NCBI GenBank assembly: GCA_963664825.1
Contig: OY761614.1
Location: forward strand, 1,504,001-1,568,000
Source of the DNA: an uncultured Holophaga sp.
Lineage (GTDB): Bacteria; Acidobacteriota; Holophagae; Holophagales; Holophagaceae
DNA: 64,000 bases
Direction of reading: 5' to 3'
The translations under genes and the position numbers were made by a program. The notes under the pieces were generated by a model. That model saw only the letters and a list, made by a program, of their open reading frames with translations. It was not told the DNA's origin and ran no database searches. Position 1 is the stretch's first letter, and each line of letters opens with the position of its first letter. Positions 46,237 through 59,086 of this stretch are shown in pieces.

Positions 46237-47475
46237 ATGCATCCCGACGGAGTCTCCATGCCCGAGGTCCCTTTCCTTCCCAGTCCCGTGCACCTCCCCG
46301 GCGCCAATATCAAGGTGGTGGGCGTGGGCGGCGCGGGGTGCAACGCCCTGGACCGCATGATCCTGAGTGACGTGGCCGGCGTACAGCTCATCGCCATGAA
46401 TACCGACCAGCAGAGCCTCGCCACCAGCCAGGCCCACGTGAAGATCCCCCTGGGTCCCTTGAGCATGAGGGGCCTGGGTGCGGGGGGCAATGCCGAGCGG
46501 GGTAGTCTCGCGGCCGAAGAGAGTCGGGACGAGATCCTCGCCAGCCTCCAGGGCGCCGATATGGTCTTCATCACCGCAGGCATGGGCGGCGGCACGGGCA
46601 CGGGCGCGGCCCCCATCGTGGCCGGGTGCGCCCGGGAGTTGGGCGCGCTCACGGTGGCCGTGGTGCTCACACCCTTCGGTTGGGAGGGGCCCGGCAAGGC
46701 CGTCAAGGCCAGTGCGGGCCTGGATAATCTGCGGGAGACCGCCGACACGGTCATCGTGGTCTCCAACGAGCGCCTATTGGCTCTCTGTGAGCGGAACGTG
46801 AAGACCAAGGAGGCCTTCCGCGTGGCCGATGGCGTGCTCATCCAGGGCGTGCGGGGCATCACGGATCTCATCCTACGCCCCGGAACGCTCAATGGCGACT
46901 TCGCCGATGTGGAAGCCGTCCTGCGCAATGGCCACGAGGCCCTGATCGGCACCGGCCAGGGCCGGGGCGAAGAGGCCATCCTGGACGCCCTCCAGAAGGC
47001 GCTGGATTGTCCCCTGCTGGAGCGGGACGCCTCCGGTTTTGCCTCCCAGGTCATCGTTTCCATCACCGCTGACTGGGATCGCGTGGAGCTCTCCGCGGTC
47101 CAGACCGCCATGCGCTACCTGCAGGAGCACTACCAGGGTCTGGCCGATATCAAGCTTTGCCAGGTGGAGGCCCCGGAACTGGAGGACAAGGCCCTCGTCA
47201 CGGTACTAGCCTCGGGTTTCGATCTGCCCATGGAACCCCTCCAGCTTCCGGTGCGGGAAGAGGCCCTTTGCGCGGCCGCGACGCCCGTCTTGAATACGGG
47301 GCCCGTCTATGGCGAGATGCCCTCGAGCTCCAATGCTGAGTATCCCGTGCCCTCGACGCCGACCCGCCTCCTGCCCCAGGGGCCCACGCCCAGTGGCGAA
47401 GTGCTGGGCATGGGGGAGGATCTGCATGTGCCGGCCATCATCCGCATGACCCAGGGACGACTGGGGATCGAGTAG
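46237..47475 (+). CDS. ftsZ: Cell division protein FtsZ (start uncertain: 46225, 46237 or 46258)
   Basis: IKVVGVGGAG.NA, NTD, AGMGGGTGTG, NGDFADV and C-terminal DLHVPAIIR. Confidence 0.93.
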   Translation: MHPDGVSMPEVPFLPSPVHLPGANIKVVGVGGAGCNALDRMILSDVAGVQLIAMNTDQQSLATSQAHVKIPLGPLSMRGLGAGGNAERGSLAAEESRDEILASLQGADMVFITAGMGGGTGTGAAPIVAGCARELGALTVAVVLTPFGWEGPGKAVKASAGLDNLRETADTVIVVSNERLLALCERNVKTKEAFRVADGVLIQGVRGITDLILRPGTLNGDFADVEAVLRNGHEALIGTGQGRGEEAILDALQKALDCPLLERDASGFASQVIVSITADWDRVELSAVQTAMRYLQEHYQGLADIKLCQVEAPELEDKALVTVLASGFDLPMEPLQLPVREEALCAAATPVLNTGPVYGEMPSSSNAEYPVPSTPTRLLPQGPTPSGEVLGMGEDLHVPAIIRMTQGRLGIE

Positions 47476-47696
47476 ATCCTTCATAGCCTGCAAGCGGATT
47501 GCTGCCAGGGTTTCCTGCGGTAGCTCAAATGTTTTCCGTATGAATCTTAAAAAAGTGTATACTTCATCGCCACCAGTAAGATTTCATCCGAGTCACATTT
47601 TTCACATCCTCAAGGCCAGAACCTAATGGATGTTGCAGATGGGGATTCAGGGAGGGTCTGGAGTATCTGGGATGGATGTGACGATGGAGGCAGACC

Positions 47697-49379
47697 TTGG
47701 CCAACGCGGGAAAGCGCAGTGGTAGTGGTGGCGGACTGGGCGAGTCCCCTGAAGAAACGACGCGCCTACTCCAGGAGTTGCGCGCACGCCAGATCGAGCT
47801 GGAGACGCAGAACCAGGAACTCCGCCATACGCAGGCCGAACTCGCCGCGTCCCAGGCCCGCTATTTCGACCTCTATGATTTGGCGCCGGTGGGCTATATC
47901 ACCGTCGACGAATTGGGGTTGATCCTCGAGGCCAATCTCGCCGCTGGCACTTTGCTGGGTGCAGCGCGGGGCGAACTGCTGACCCAGGCGATCTCCCGCT
48001 TCGTCCTTTCCGAAGATCAGGGCATCTATGCCCAGCATTCCAAGCAGATATTTGCGACCTCCCAAGCCCAGGTATGCGAACTGCGGATGATGCGAAAGGA
48101 CGGGTCCTGGTTTTGGATGCGCATGGAGGGCACTGCGGCGCAGGCTTCTCTGTGCCGCATGGTGCTCATCGATATCACCGCCCGCAAGCATTCGGAGGAG
48201 GCTCTGCGGGAGAGCGAAGCCCGGAACCGCCACCTCCAGAAGGCCGAAAGCCTGGGGCGGATGGCTGGGGCCATCGCTCATCACTTCAATAACAAGCTGC
48301 AATCCGTGATGGCCAACCTGGAACTGCTGGATGGACCTCCCCTGGGTGTGGATCCGGCCAGATGTATAACCATGGCGAGGCGTGCCACCGAGAAGGCGGC
48401 GGAGGTGAGTCGCTTGATGCTGCTCTACCTCGGCCAGACCACTAGCCGCAGGGAACCCCGCTTCCTCGCCGAAATCTGCCGCAATAGCCTGCCCCTGGTC
48501 AGGGACACACTGCCTAGCACTGCGGTGGTGGAGACGGACTGGCCTGAGCCCGGTCCCGTCATCAGCGCCAATGAAAGTGAGATCCAGCGGGTCCTGATCA
48601 ACCTGGTCAACAATGCCTGGGAGGCCATGGATGAAACCCGGGCCCGCCTGCGCCTCGGCATCAAAAGGGTCCTGGCCGCCGATATCCCCACCGCCCATCG
48701 CTATCCAGCGGGTTGGCAGGCCCTTGGGTCGGAGTACGCCTGTCTGGCGGTGAGGGACAATGGCTGTGGAATTCCGGAAGGGGACATGGACAAGTTGTTC
48801 GATCCCTTCTATTCCACCAAATTCATCAGCCGCGGCCTGGGCCTCTCCATCGTGCTCGGGATCGTGCATGCCCATGATGGTGTGGTCACGGTGGAGAGCC
48901 GCCCAGGGGAATATTGTGTGTTCCGGATTTACTTCCCGGTTTCTCAGGAATTGCCCAATCAGCCGGAGCAGTCGGTTCCAGCCTCGGCAGCCGATGGCGG
49001 TGGCACCATCCTGCTGGTGGATGATGACGAACTCCTCCTGATGTCCACCGGGGCCCTGATCGAGATGCTGGGCTTCAACTTGCTCACCGCGAGAAACGGT
49101 GCGGAAGCCCTGGAGGTATTTCGCGAATACAAGGGCACCATCCGCTGCGTGATCACCGATCTGACCATGCCGCGCATGGATGGATGGGAAACCCTGACGG
49201 CCCTGCGCCAGATCGACCCGGTCCTTCCGGTGATACTCGCCAGCGGGTATGACAAGGCCCATGTGCTCTCCGGGGCCCACCCCGAAAAGCCCCAAGTCTT
49301 CCTGGGGAAGCCCTTCGGCCTTCAGGTGCTGCGGGAGGCCCTGGGCAAGGCCCTGGGCAGCGGGCAGCTTCGGGCCTAG
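47697..49379 (+). CDS. Hybrid PAS histidine kinase/response regulator
   Basis: TTG start with SD GGAGG; QIELETQNQELR coil, PAS, AHHFNN, NLVNNA, DNGCG, GLGL and a REC domain. Confidence 0.88.
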   Translation: MANAGKRSGSGGGLGESPEETTRLLQELRARQIELETQNQELRHTQAELAASQARYFDLYDLAPVGYITVDELGLILEANLAAGTLLGAARGELLTQAISRFVLSEDQGIYAQHSKQIFATSQAQVCELRMMRKDGSWFWMRMEGTAAQASLCRMVLIDITARKHSEEALRESEARNRHLQKAESLGRMAGAIAHHFNNKLQSVMANLELLDGPPLGVDPARCITMARRATEKAAEVSRLMLLYLGQTTSRREPRFLAEICRNSLPLVRDTLPSTAVVETDWPEPGPVISANESEIQRVLINLVNNAWEAMDETRARLRLGIKRVLAADIPTAHRYPAGWQALGSEYACLAVRDNGCGIPEGDMDKLFDPFYSTKFISRGLGLSIVLGIVHAHDGVVTVESRPGEYCVFRIYFPVSQELPNQPEQSVPASAADGGGTILLVDDDELLLMSTGALIEMLGFNLLTARNGAEALEVFREYKGTIRCVITDLTMPRMDGWETLTALRQIDPVLPVILASGYDKAHVLSGAHPEKPQVFLGKPFGLQVLREALGKALGSGQLRA

Positions 49380-49432
49380 GACCCGGGCGTGGCTAGCTAG
49401 GAGTCTCCCCCCCGCCGCAAGGCTCCTAGGGC

Positions 49433-50377
49433 TTAGTGGGAAGGGCCGTCGATTTCCAGGAAGAGGGCGTGACTGAGATAGCGTTCGCCGCTATCGCAGA
49501 GAATGGCCACCACGGTCTTGCCCCGGCCCAGTTCGGCGGCCACCTTCAGGGCCGCATGGACGATGGCGCCGGTGGAAATGCCGGTGAGAAGGCCCTCCTC
49601 TCGAGCCAGGCGGCGAGCTACCCGGAGGGCGTCCTCGTAACCCACGTCCTCGATCCGCGTATAGGCTGCCCGATTGAGGATGGAGGGCACGAAATTGGCG
49701 CCCAACCCCTGGAGCTTATGGGGGCCCGCCTTGCCTTGAGTGAGCAGGGGCGAGTCCACAGGTTCCACGGCGACGACCAGGGTGCCTGGCTTCTTCTGGG
49801 CCAGCACTTCGCCGATGCCGGTGATGGTGCCCCCCGTGCCGATGCCTGCCACGAAGGCATCCAGCTCAGGGACCTGTTCCAGGATCTCGAGAGCCGTCGT
49901 GCGGCGATGGGCGTCGGGGTTGGCCGGGTTATCGAACTGGCGCACCAGGAAGTAATTCGGGTCCGTGGCCGCCAGTTCCTCGGCCTTGTCCACGGCTCCC
50001 TTCATGCCTTCGGAGCCTGGCGTGAGCAGAAGCTGGGCTCCATAGGCCTTCAGGAGGGCCCTACGCTCCTGCGTCATGGTGTCGGGCATGACAAGGGTCA
50101 TGGCGTAGCCCTTCGCCGCTGCCACGAAGGCTAGTCCTATGCCGGTATTGCCACTGGTGGCCTCCAGTAGCTTCATGCCAGGGCGCAGGACGCCACGGGC
50201 CTCCGCATCCTCGATCATGGCCAGGGCGATGCGGTCCTTCACGCTGCCGCCAGGGTTGGCGCTCTCCAGCTTCAGGAAGACCGTGGCACTACTATCGGGC
50301 ACGATGCGGTTCAGGCGCACGACAGGGGTGGCGCCGATGAGCTCGTAGGCGTGGTTCACTCGGTTGGGGCGGTTCAT
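49433..50377 (-). CDS. cysK: Cysteine synthase A
   Basis: KLE..NPGGSVKDR, TSGNTG, QFDNPAN, GIGTGGT and DSGERYLS. Confidence 0.95.
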   Translation of the reverse strand: MNRPNRVNHAYELIGATPVVRLNRIVPDSSATVFLKLESANPGGSVKDRIALAMIEDAEARGVLRPGMKLLEATSGNTGIGLAFVAAAKGYAMTLVMPDTMTQERRALLKAYGAQLLLTPGSEGMKGAVDKAEELAATDPNYFLVRQFDNPANPDAHRRTTALEILEQVPELDAFVAGIGTGGTITGIGEVLAQKKPGTLVVAVEPVDSPLLTQGKAGPHKLQGLGANFVPSILNRAAYTRIEDVGYEDALRVARRLAREEGLLTGISTGAIVHAALKVAAELGRGKTVVAILCDSGERYLSHALFLEIDGPSH

Positions 50378-50490
50378 GGGGGCTCCCGGGAAAGGCGGCC
50401 TGGAGGCCGTGGTCATCACTTTGGGGGGGGCGCAGTCAAATGTCAACAATGTTAATCGAAATGCTTTAGAATGGAGCCTTGGAGGGAATG

Positions 50491-50931
50491 ATGCGGATGT
50501 CCACCAAGGGGCGCTACGGATTGCGCCTGATGATCGAGCTGGCTGCCGAGTTCGGTCGAGGGCCCGTGCTGATGGCCCTACTGGCCGAACGTCAGCACAT
50601 CTCGGTGAAGTACATTCCAGTGCTCGTGGGGGGGCTGAAGGCCGCCGGGCTTCTGCGGGCCACTCGGGGGGCCAATGGCGGCTACGAACTAGCGCGGGAC
50701 CCGGCCAGCATCACGGCCTACGAAGTGGTTTCGGCCCTGGAGGGGGATCTGAATCCCATGGAATGCCAGAGCGACCCCGCCTGCTGCCCGCATGTGGCGG
50801 CCTGCGCCGCCCGGGAAATGTGGTGCGAACTGGGGATTGCGATCAAGGAAACCCTGAGCCGACACACACTGAAATCCTTGGCAGAACGCCAGCACGAGAA
50901 AACCTTCGCAGCAGCGTCCTGGTCCATCTGA
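50491..50931 (+). CDS. Rrf2-family regulator (CymR/IscR-like, Cys-containing)
   Basis: STKGRYGLR, RGANGGY.L and a Cys cluster CQSDPACCPHVAAC; divergent from cysK. Confidence 0.9.
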   Translation: MRMSTKGRYGLRLMIELAAEFGRGPVLMALLAERQHISVKYIPVLVGGLKAAGLLRATRGANGGYELARDPASITAYEVVSALEGDLNPMECQSDPACCPHVAACAAREMWCELGIAIKETLSRHTLKSLAERQHEKTFAAASWSI

Positions 50932-50970
50932 AAGCATACAAAGGGCCCCGCTTCGCGGGATGAGGCTTGT

Positions 50971-52035
<1,065 letters not shown>

Positions 52036-52077
52036 CTCCTTGCGGCGGGATCAGAATTCAAGGTTGAGGCAAAAAGC

Positions 52078-52105
52078 GAAAAAAACAAGAATTCTTTTTG
52101 TTTTC
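52078..52105. promoter_or_regulatory. Candidate LexA operator upstream of recA
   Basis: GAAA-N7-GAAT overlapping ATTC-N7-TTTC, centred on GAATTC; a degenerate GTTC-N7-GTTC type. Confidence 0.45.
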
Positions 52106-52195
52106 CGTCATTGCCACGGGATGTCCTGCAAGCCTTGGATGTATTCAATCAAGACCGAGCGCCCCTGGCGCCGATAGGATGATCTCGGCACTTCC

Positions 52196-54685
<2,490 letters not shown>

Positions 54686-54696
54686 CGGATCTGCCC

Positions 54697-55863
54697 ATGC
54701 CCCCCTATGAACGCGTGCTCGAAGGCAGTCTGGCCATCCGGATGGTGCTCCAGCGCCTCCTCCTGGCCAACGAGAGGATCACCATGGCCTTCCGCACGGA
54801 GCGCCGGGAATTCCAATTGCTGGCCCTGGAGGTCGAGCATCTGGCCCTGGCCATGGAGCGCGCCGAATTCGAGGAATGGCGACTCCTGCCGGGGGAAAAG
54901 GTATCCCTGAACTTCAAGGATCGGGGTTTCAAGTACGAGGCCGTGGCCACCTGCATGGGCCTGGATCAGGCCGAGGGCTTGTCGGTGTGCCGATTGGAGC
55001 TGCCCCGCAGTCTGCGCAGGGGCGACGCGGATCGCCTGGTGGACTTCGCCCCGGACCAGGAAATGGCCCGGGCCACCTTCACGAATTCGCGCAATGCCCT
55101 GCTGGATGGCCAGGTGACGGGCTTTGGCCGGGAAGGCTTGGAGCTATCCCTCCTGGATCCCCGGCAGAAGATCCAGGATTACTTCCGCATGGGGGAGGAA
55201 TCCACCCTGGATCTGCCCCTGGAAGGGGATCTGCGCCTGGTTGCTCCGACCCGGGTGGCCTATCTGGATGACCGGGTGGTGGGCCTCAAGTTCACCGAGA
55301 AGGCCGATACGGAGCTGCTGGGCAGCTACCAGAGCTGGCTCGAGGGGCAGGAACGCCTCCAGGCCCAGCGGGACCGGGAGACTTTCGAAGCCGGGGGCCA
55401 TCGGCGACCCCAGCGCTCGAGCGCCCCGGAAGTGCCCGGGGCGCGGATGTGGGTGGATCGGGACCCGCTCATCCTGGTGCTCACGGAGAACGAGGATTTC
55501 GCCAAGCGCCTGGCGGAGGGGCTGGGGCGCAAGTTCGGTTTCATCAGCCTGGATTACATCAAGGGGAACGTGGGGCCCCTGCTCAAGGAGTGGGGGGTGT
55601 CGGGACAGGATTGGGGACGGATCCGCCTCCTGCTGGTCCACCACCGCCTGCGTTTAGTGAGCCCACTGGAACTCAGTCGGCACTTGGTGGAGCAGGAGAA
55701 ATGCCCCCTGCCCATCGTGCTGGCGGGCCCCGACGAGGACCTCGATCTGAAGCGAGTGCGCGCCCTGGAGGCCGGGGCCGTGGACTATCTTTCCGTGGAA
55801 CCCTTCAGGATCCTGGGCATCCTTAAGAAGCTCGATGAGCTCATTCGGCTCTTCGAAAGCTGA
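54697..55863 (+). CDS. YcgR/PilZ-like protein with a degenerate C-terminal receiver domain
   Basis: LELPRSLRR, VGLKF (PilZ-like); C-terminal PIVL..RALEAGAVDYL (REC-like). Confidence 0.55.
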   Translation: MPPYERVLEGSLAIRMVLQRLLLANERITMAFRTERREFQLLALEVEHLALAMERAEFEEWRLLPGEKVSLNFKDRGFKYEAVATCMGLDQAEGLSVCRLELPRSLRRGDADRLVDFAPDQEMARATFTNSRNALLDGQVTGFGREGLELSLLDPRQKIQDYFRMGEESTLDLPLEGDLRLVAPTRVAYLDDRVVGLKFTEKADTELLGSYQSWLEGQERLQAQRDRETFEAGGHRRPQRSSAPEVPGARMWVDRDPLILVLTENEDFAKRLAEGLGRKFGFISLDYIKGNVGPLLKEWGVSGQDWGRIRLLLVHHRLRLVSPLELSRHLVEQEKCPLPIVLAGPDEDLDLKRVRALEAGAVDYLSVEPFRILGILKKLDELIRLFES

Positions 55864-55889
55864 CACCCCTCAACCCTGTGAGGTCTTGA

Positions 55890-57131
55890 ATGCCGCTTGC
55901 TCTCCTGGCCACGGACCCCGTGGCCTTCAGTCTTCTGCTACTGGCCCTGGTGTGGCTGGCCGCCAAGCTGGGGGGGGAAGTGGCCCTGCGTCTCAAGCTG
56001 CCGGCCGTGGCGGGGGAGCTGGGGGCAGGCTTGGCCTTGGCTGCGCTCCATCACGGGTTTCCAGCCTTTCCGGCCCTGGGCGAATCCGCGGAAGTCGGTG
56101 TCTTGGCGAGTCTGGGCGTGGTGGTCCTGATGTTTTCCGTGGGCCTGGAATCCACGGTGCCCCAGATGATGAGGGTGGGCTTCGCGTCCCTGCGGGTGGC
56201 CCTTATCGGCGTGGTGATCCCCATGGGCCTGGGCCTTGGGGGAGCCTGCCTCCTGATGCCCTCCGGAACCCCCTTCCTGGTGGATCTTTTCGTGGGGGCC
56301 TGCCTCTGTGCCACGAGCATCGGCATCAGCGCCCAGGTGCTGCGGGAGAAGGGCATGGTCCATTCCCCGGAGGGCCGCGTCATCGTGGGCGCCGCCGTGA
56401 TCGATGATGTCCTGGGGCTCCTGGTGCTGGTGACGGTGAGCAGCCTGGTGGTGGCCACGGCCGCGGGAGGGGCTATGCCTTGGGGCACCCTGCTGCGCTC
56501 CCTCGGCCTGGCTGTGGCCTTTCTCCTTGGGGCGTTGACCCTGGGGCGCGGGATGGCGCCGCATATCTTCCGGGTCGCCTCCCGCCTTCGTTCGGAACAG
56601 TTGCTCCTGCCCTTGGGGCTGGGCTTTGCCTTTTTGATGGCCTGGATGGGCAGCCTGGCAGGCCTGGCGACCATCGTCGGGGCCTATGCTGCCGGGCTCA
56701 TCCTGGAGCCCTCCACCATCGAGACCCTGGAAGAGCGGGAATCCCGCAGCCTGGATGCCCTGCTGCACCCCCTCGTCACGGTGCTCGCGCCCATTTTTTT
56801 CGTGATCATGGGTGCGAGGGTGGATGTCTCGGCCCTGGTGGCCCCTCGGACCCTGCTGGTGGCTGGAGGATTGGGCCTGCTGGGCATCGTCGGGAAGTAT
56901 CTGGCGGGGCTGGCCGGGGGGCGCGGGCTCCGGAGCACGATCATCGGTTGGGGCATGGTGCCCCGGGGGGAGGTCGGTCTCATCTTCGTGGCCGTGGGGG
57001 CCCAGATGCAGCTCCAGGGGCGGCCGCTGTTGGACGGGTCCATGCAGGCGGCCCTGGTGGGGGCCATCCTGCTGACGACACTGGTGGGCCCCGTGGGCCT
57101 GGGCTATGCGCTCTCGTCAAAGGTGCGGTGA
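55890..57131 (+). CDS. Cation:proton antiporter (CPA2/NapA-like)
   Basis: P.V.GEL.AG, LMF.VGLE, ATSIGI, AAVIDD, GK and GMVPRGEVG. Confidence 0.9.
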   Translation: MPLALLATDPVAFSLLLLALVWLAAKLGGEVALRLKLPAVAGELGAGLALAALHHGFPAFPALGESAEVGVLASLGVVVLMFSVGLESTVPQMMRVGFASLRVALIGVVIPMGLGLGGACLLMPSGTPFLVDLFVGACLCATSIGISAQVLREKGMVHSPEGRVIVGAAVIDDVLGLLVLVTVSSLVVATAAGGAMPWGTLLRSLGLAVAFLLGALTLGRGMAPHIFRVASRLRSEQLLLPLGLGFAFLMAWMGSLAGLATIVGAYAAGLILEPSTIETLEERESRSLDALLHPLVTVLAPIFFVIMGARVDVSALVAPRTLLVAGGLGLLGIVGKYLAGLAGGRGLRSTIIGWGMVPRGEVGLIFVAVGAQMQLQGRPLLDGSMQAALVGAILLTTLVGPVGLGYALSSKVR

Positions 57132-57135
57132 AGGG

Positions 57136-58362
57136 ATGCGCGGAATCCGGTGGCGATTATTCAGGACGGGTTGGGATCTCGGCATGGGCTCCCTGGTGGG
57201 CCTCCTGTCGGGCCTGGCCTCGGCCCTGTTCCTCTGGCTCCTGGAGCGGGTGATCGGCCTTCGCGGAGCGCACCTGTGGCTCATCGCCCTGTTGCCCCTC
57301 TTCGGTGTTCTCACGGCGTGGCTCTACCAGCGCTGGGGGCGGGCCGCCGAGGGGGGAGGCACCCTGATCCTGGACGAGGTGCTGGAGTTCAAGGGCCGCG
57401 TGCCCACGCGGATGGCCCCCCTGGTGCTCGTGGGCACGCTGCTCACCCATCTGGGGGGAGGTTCCGTGGGACGGGAGGGCACGGCCATCCAGATGGGGGC
57501 CAGCCTCGCCCGGACCATCGGCAAGCTGCCCTGGCCCTGGCTGCGCCTGACCCGGTCCCGCCAGCGGCTCCTGCTCATGGCCGGCGTGTCGGCGGGCTTC
57601 GGCTCCCTCTTCGGAACCCCTGTGGCCGGAGCGGTCTTCGGCATGGAGGCCATCGCCATCGGCAAGCTCCATTACGAAGGCCTCTTGATCTGTGGGGCCG
57701 CCAGCTTCGTGGGGAATGGGGTCTGCCGTTGGCTGGGGACGCAGCACGCGTCATACCACGTGGCGACCATGGCCCTGTCCCTGCCCCTGGGCCTGAAACT
57801 AGCCCTGTTCGCGGTGCCCGTGGCTCTCGTGGCCGGAGCCTTCTCCGAACTGATCCATGGGTTGGCCCTTTGGACGGGGCGGCGCCTTGGCAGCCCGTAC
57901 CTGCGGGCCGCCCTGGGAGGCGTGACCGTCCTCCTCCTGGCCCTGGCCTTCCGCACCACGGATTACCTGAACCTGGGCACGGTCTGGCTTCCCAGGGTCT
58001 TTGCAGGTACCGGCTCCGTGCCCTCCTGGTCCTTCGCCGCGAAGTTCCTGTTCACGGTGGTCACCCTGGGCTTCGGTTTCAAGGGGGGCGAGGTCACGCC
58101 CCTCTTTGTCATCGGCGCCCTCCTAGGGACGGCCCTCGCCCCCGCCCTGGCCCTGCCTCCGCCCTTCCTGGCGGCCGTGGGCTTCATTGCAATTTTTGCC
58201 GCTGCCAGCAATACGCCCATTGCCTCTACACTGATGGGGATCGAGCTCTTCGGATCCGGCTTTGCGGGCCCTCTCGTCATCACCTGTTTCCTGGCCTATG
58301 TTCTGGTGGGCCATCGGGGCATCTACGGCGGCCACCGCATCCAGACACCCAAACACTCCTGA
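57136..58362 (+). CDS. CLC-family protein with CLC-F (fluoride exporter) signatures
   Basis: GGSVGREGT and KGGEVTP motifs; GGTLI occupies the GNNLI position. Confidence 0.8.
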   Translation: MRGIRWRLFRTGWDLGMGSLVGLLSGLASALFLWLLERVIGLRGAHLWLIALLPLFGVLTAWLYQRWGRAAEGGGTLILDEVLEFKGRVPTRMAPLVLVGTLLTHLGGGSVGREGTAIQMGASLARTIGKLPWPWLRLTRSRQRLLLMAGVSAGFGSLFGTPVAGAVFGMEAIAIGKLHYEGLLICGAASFVGNGVCRWLGTQHASYHVATMALSLPLGLKLALFAVPVALVAGAFSELIHGLALWTGRRLGSPYLRAALGGVTVLLLALAFRTTDYLNLGTVWLPRVFAGTGSVPSWSFAAKFLFTVVTLGFGFKGGEVTPLFVIGALLGTALAPALALPPPFLAAVGFIAIFAAASNTPIASTLMGIELFGSGFAGPLVITCFLAYVLVGHRGIYGGHRIQTPKHS

Positions 58363-58382
58363 ACGTTCCACGGAGGTCCACG

Positions 58383-59075
58383 ATGATCTACTCCACCGAA
58401 GTCCAGCACATGTGCCGCGTGGCCAAGGGGCCCAATCACGGCCCGGCGCCCATCCCCGAGGAGGGCCGCTGGGTCCAAGCCAAGGAGATCAAGGATATCT
58501 CCGGCCTCACCCATGGCATCGGCTGGTGCGCCCCCCAGCAGGGAGCCTGCAAGCTGACCCTGAACGTCAAGGAGGGCATCATCCAGGAGGCCCTGATCGA
58601 GACCATCGGATGCTCGGGCATGACCCACAGCGCGGCCATGGCCGCCGAGATCCTGTCGGGCAAGACGCTTCTGGAGGCCCTCAATACGGATCTGGTGTGC
58701 GACGCCATCAACACGGCCATGAGGGAGCTTTTCCTTCAGATCGTCTATGGCCGCACACAGACGGCCTTCTCCGAGGATGGTCTACCCATCGGCGCTGGGC
58801 TCGAGGATCTGGGCAAGGGCCTGCGCAGCCAGATCGGCACCATGTATGGCACGGTGGCCAAGGGTGTGCGCTACCTGGAGATGGCCGAGGGCTACGTCAC
58901 CCGCATGGCCCTGGACGAGAACGACGAGGTCATCGGCTACGAGTACGTCCACATGGGCAAGATGATGGAATCCATCGAGAAGGGTGTGGAGCCCGCGGAA
59001 GCCTTGAAGAAGGCCACCTCCAACTATGGTCGCTTCGACGAGGCCGCCAAGACCATCAACCCTCGGCATCAGTAG
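58383..59075 (+). CDS. NifU/IscU-like protein of the GGGtGRT-associated family
   Basis: HGPAPIPEEG, GWCAPQQGACKL, GCSGMTHS and NTDLVCDA. Confidence 0.8.
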   Translation: MIYSTEVQHMCRVAKGPNHGPAPIPEEGRWVQAKEIKDISGLTHGIGWCAPQQGACKLTLNVKEGIIQEALIETIGCSGMTHSAAMAAEILSGKTLLEALNTDLVCDAINTAMRELFLQIVYGRTQTAFSEDGLPIGAGLEDLGKGLRSQIGTMYGTVAKGVRYLEMAEGYVTRMALDENDEVIGYEYVHMGKMMESIEKGVEPAEALKKATSNYGRFDEAAKTINPRHQ

Positions 59076-59086
59076 GAGAATTGACC

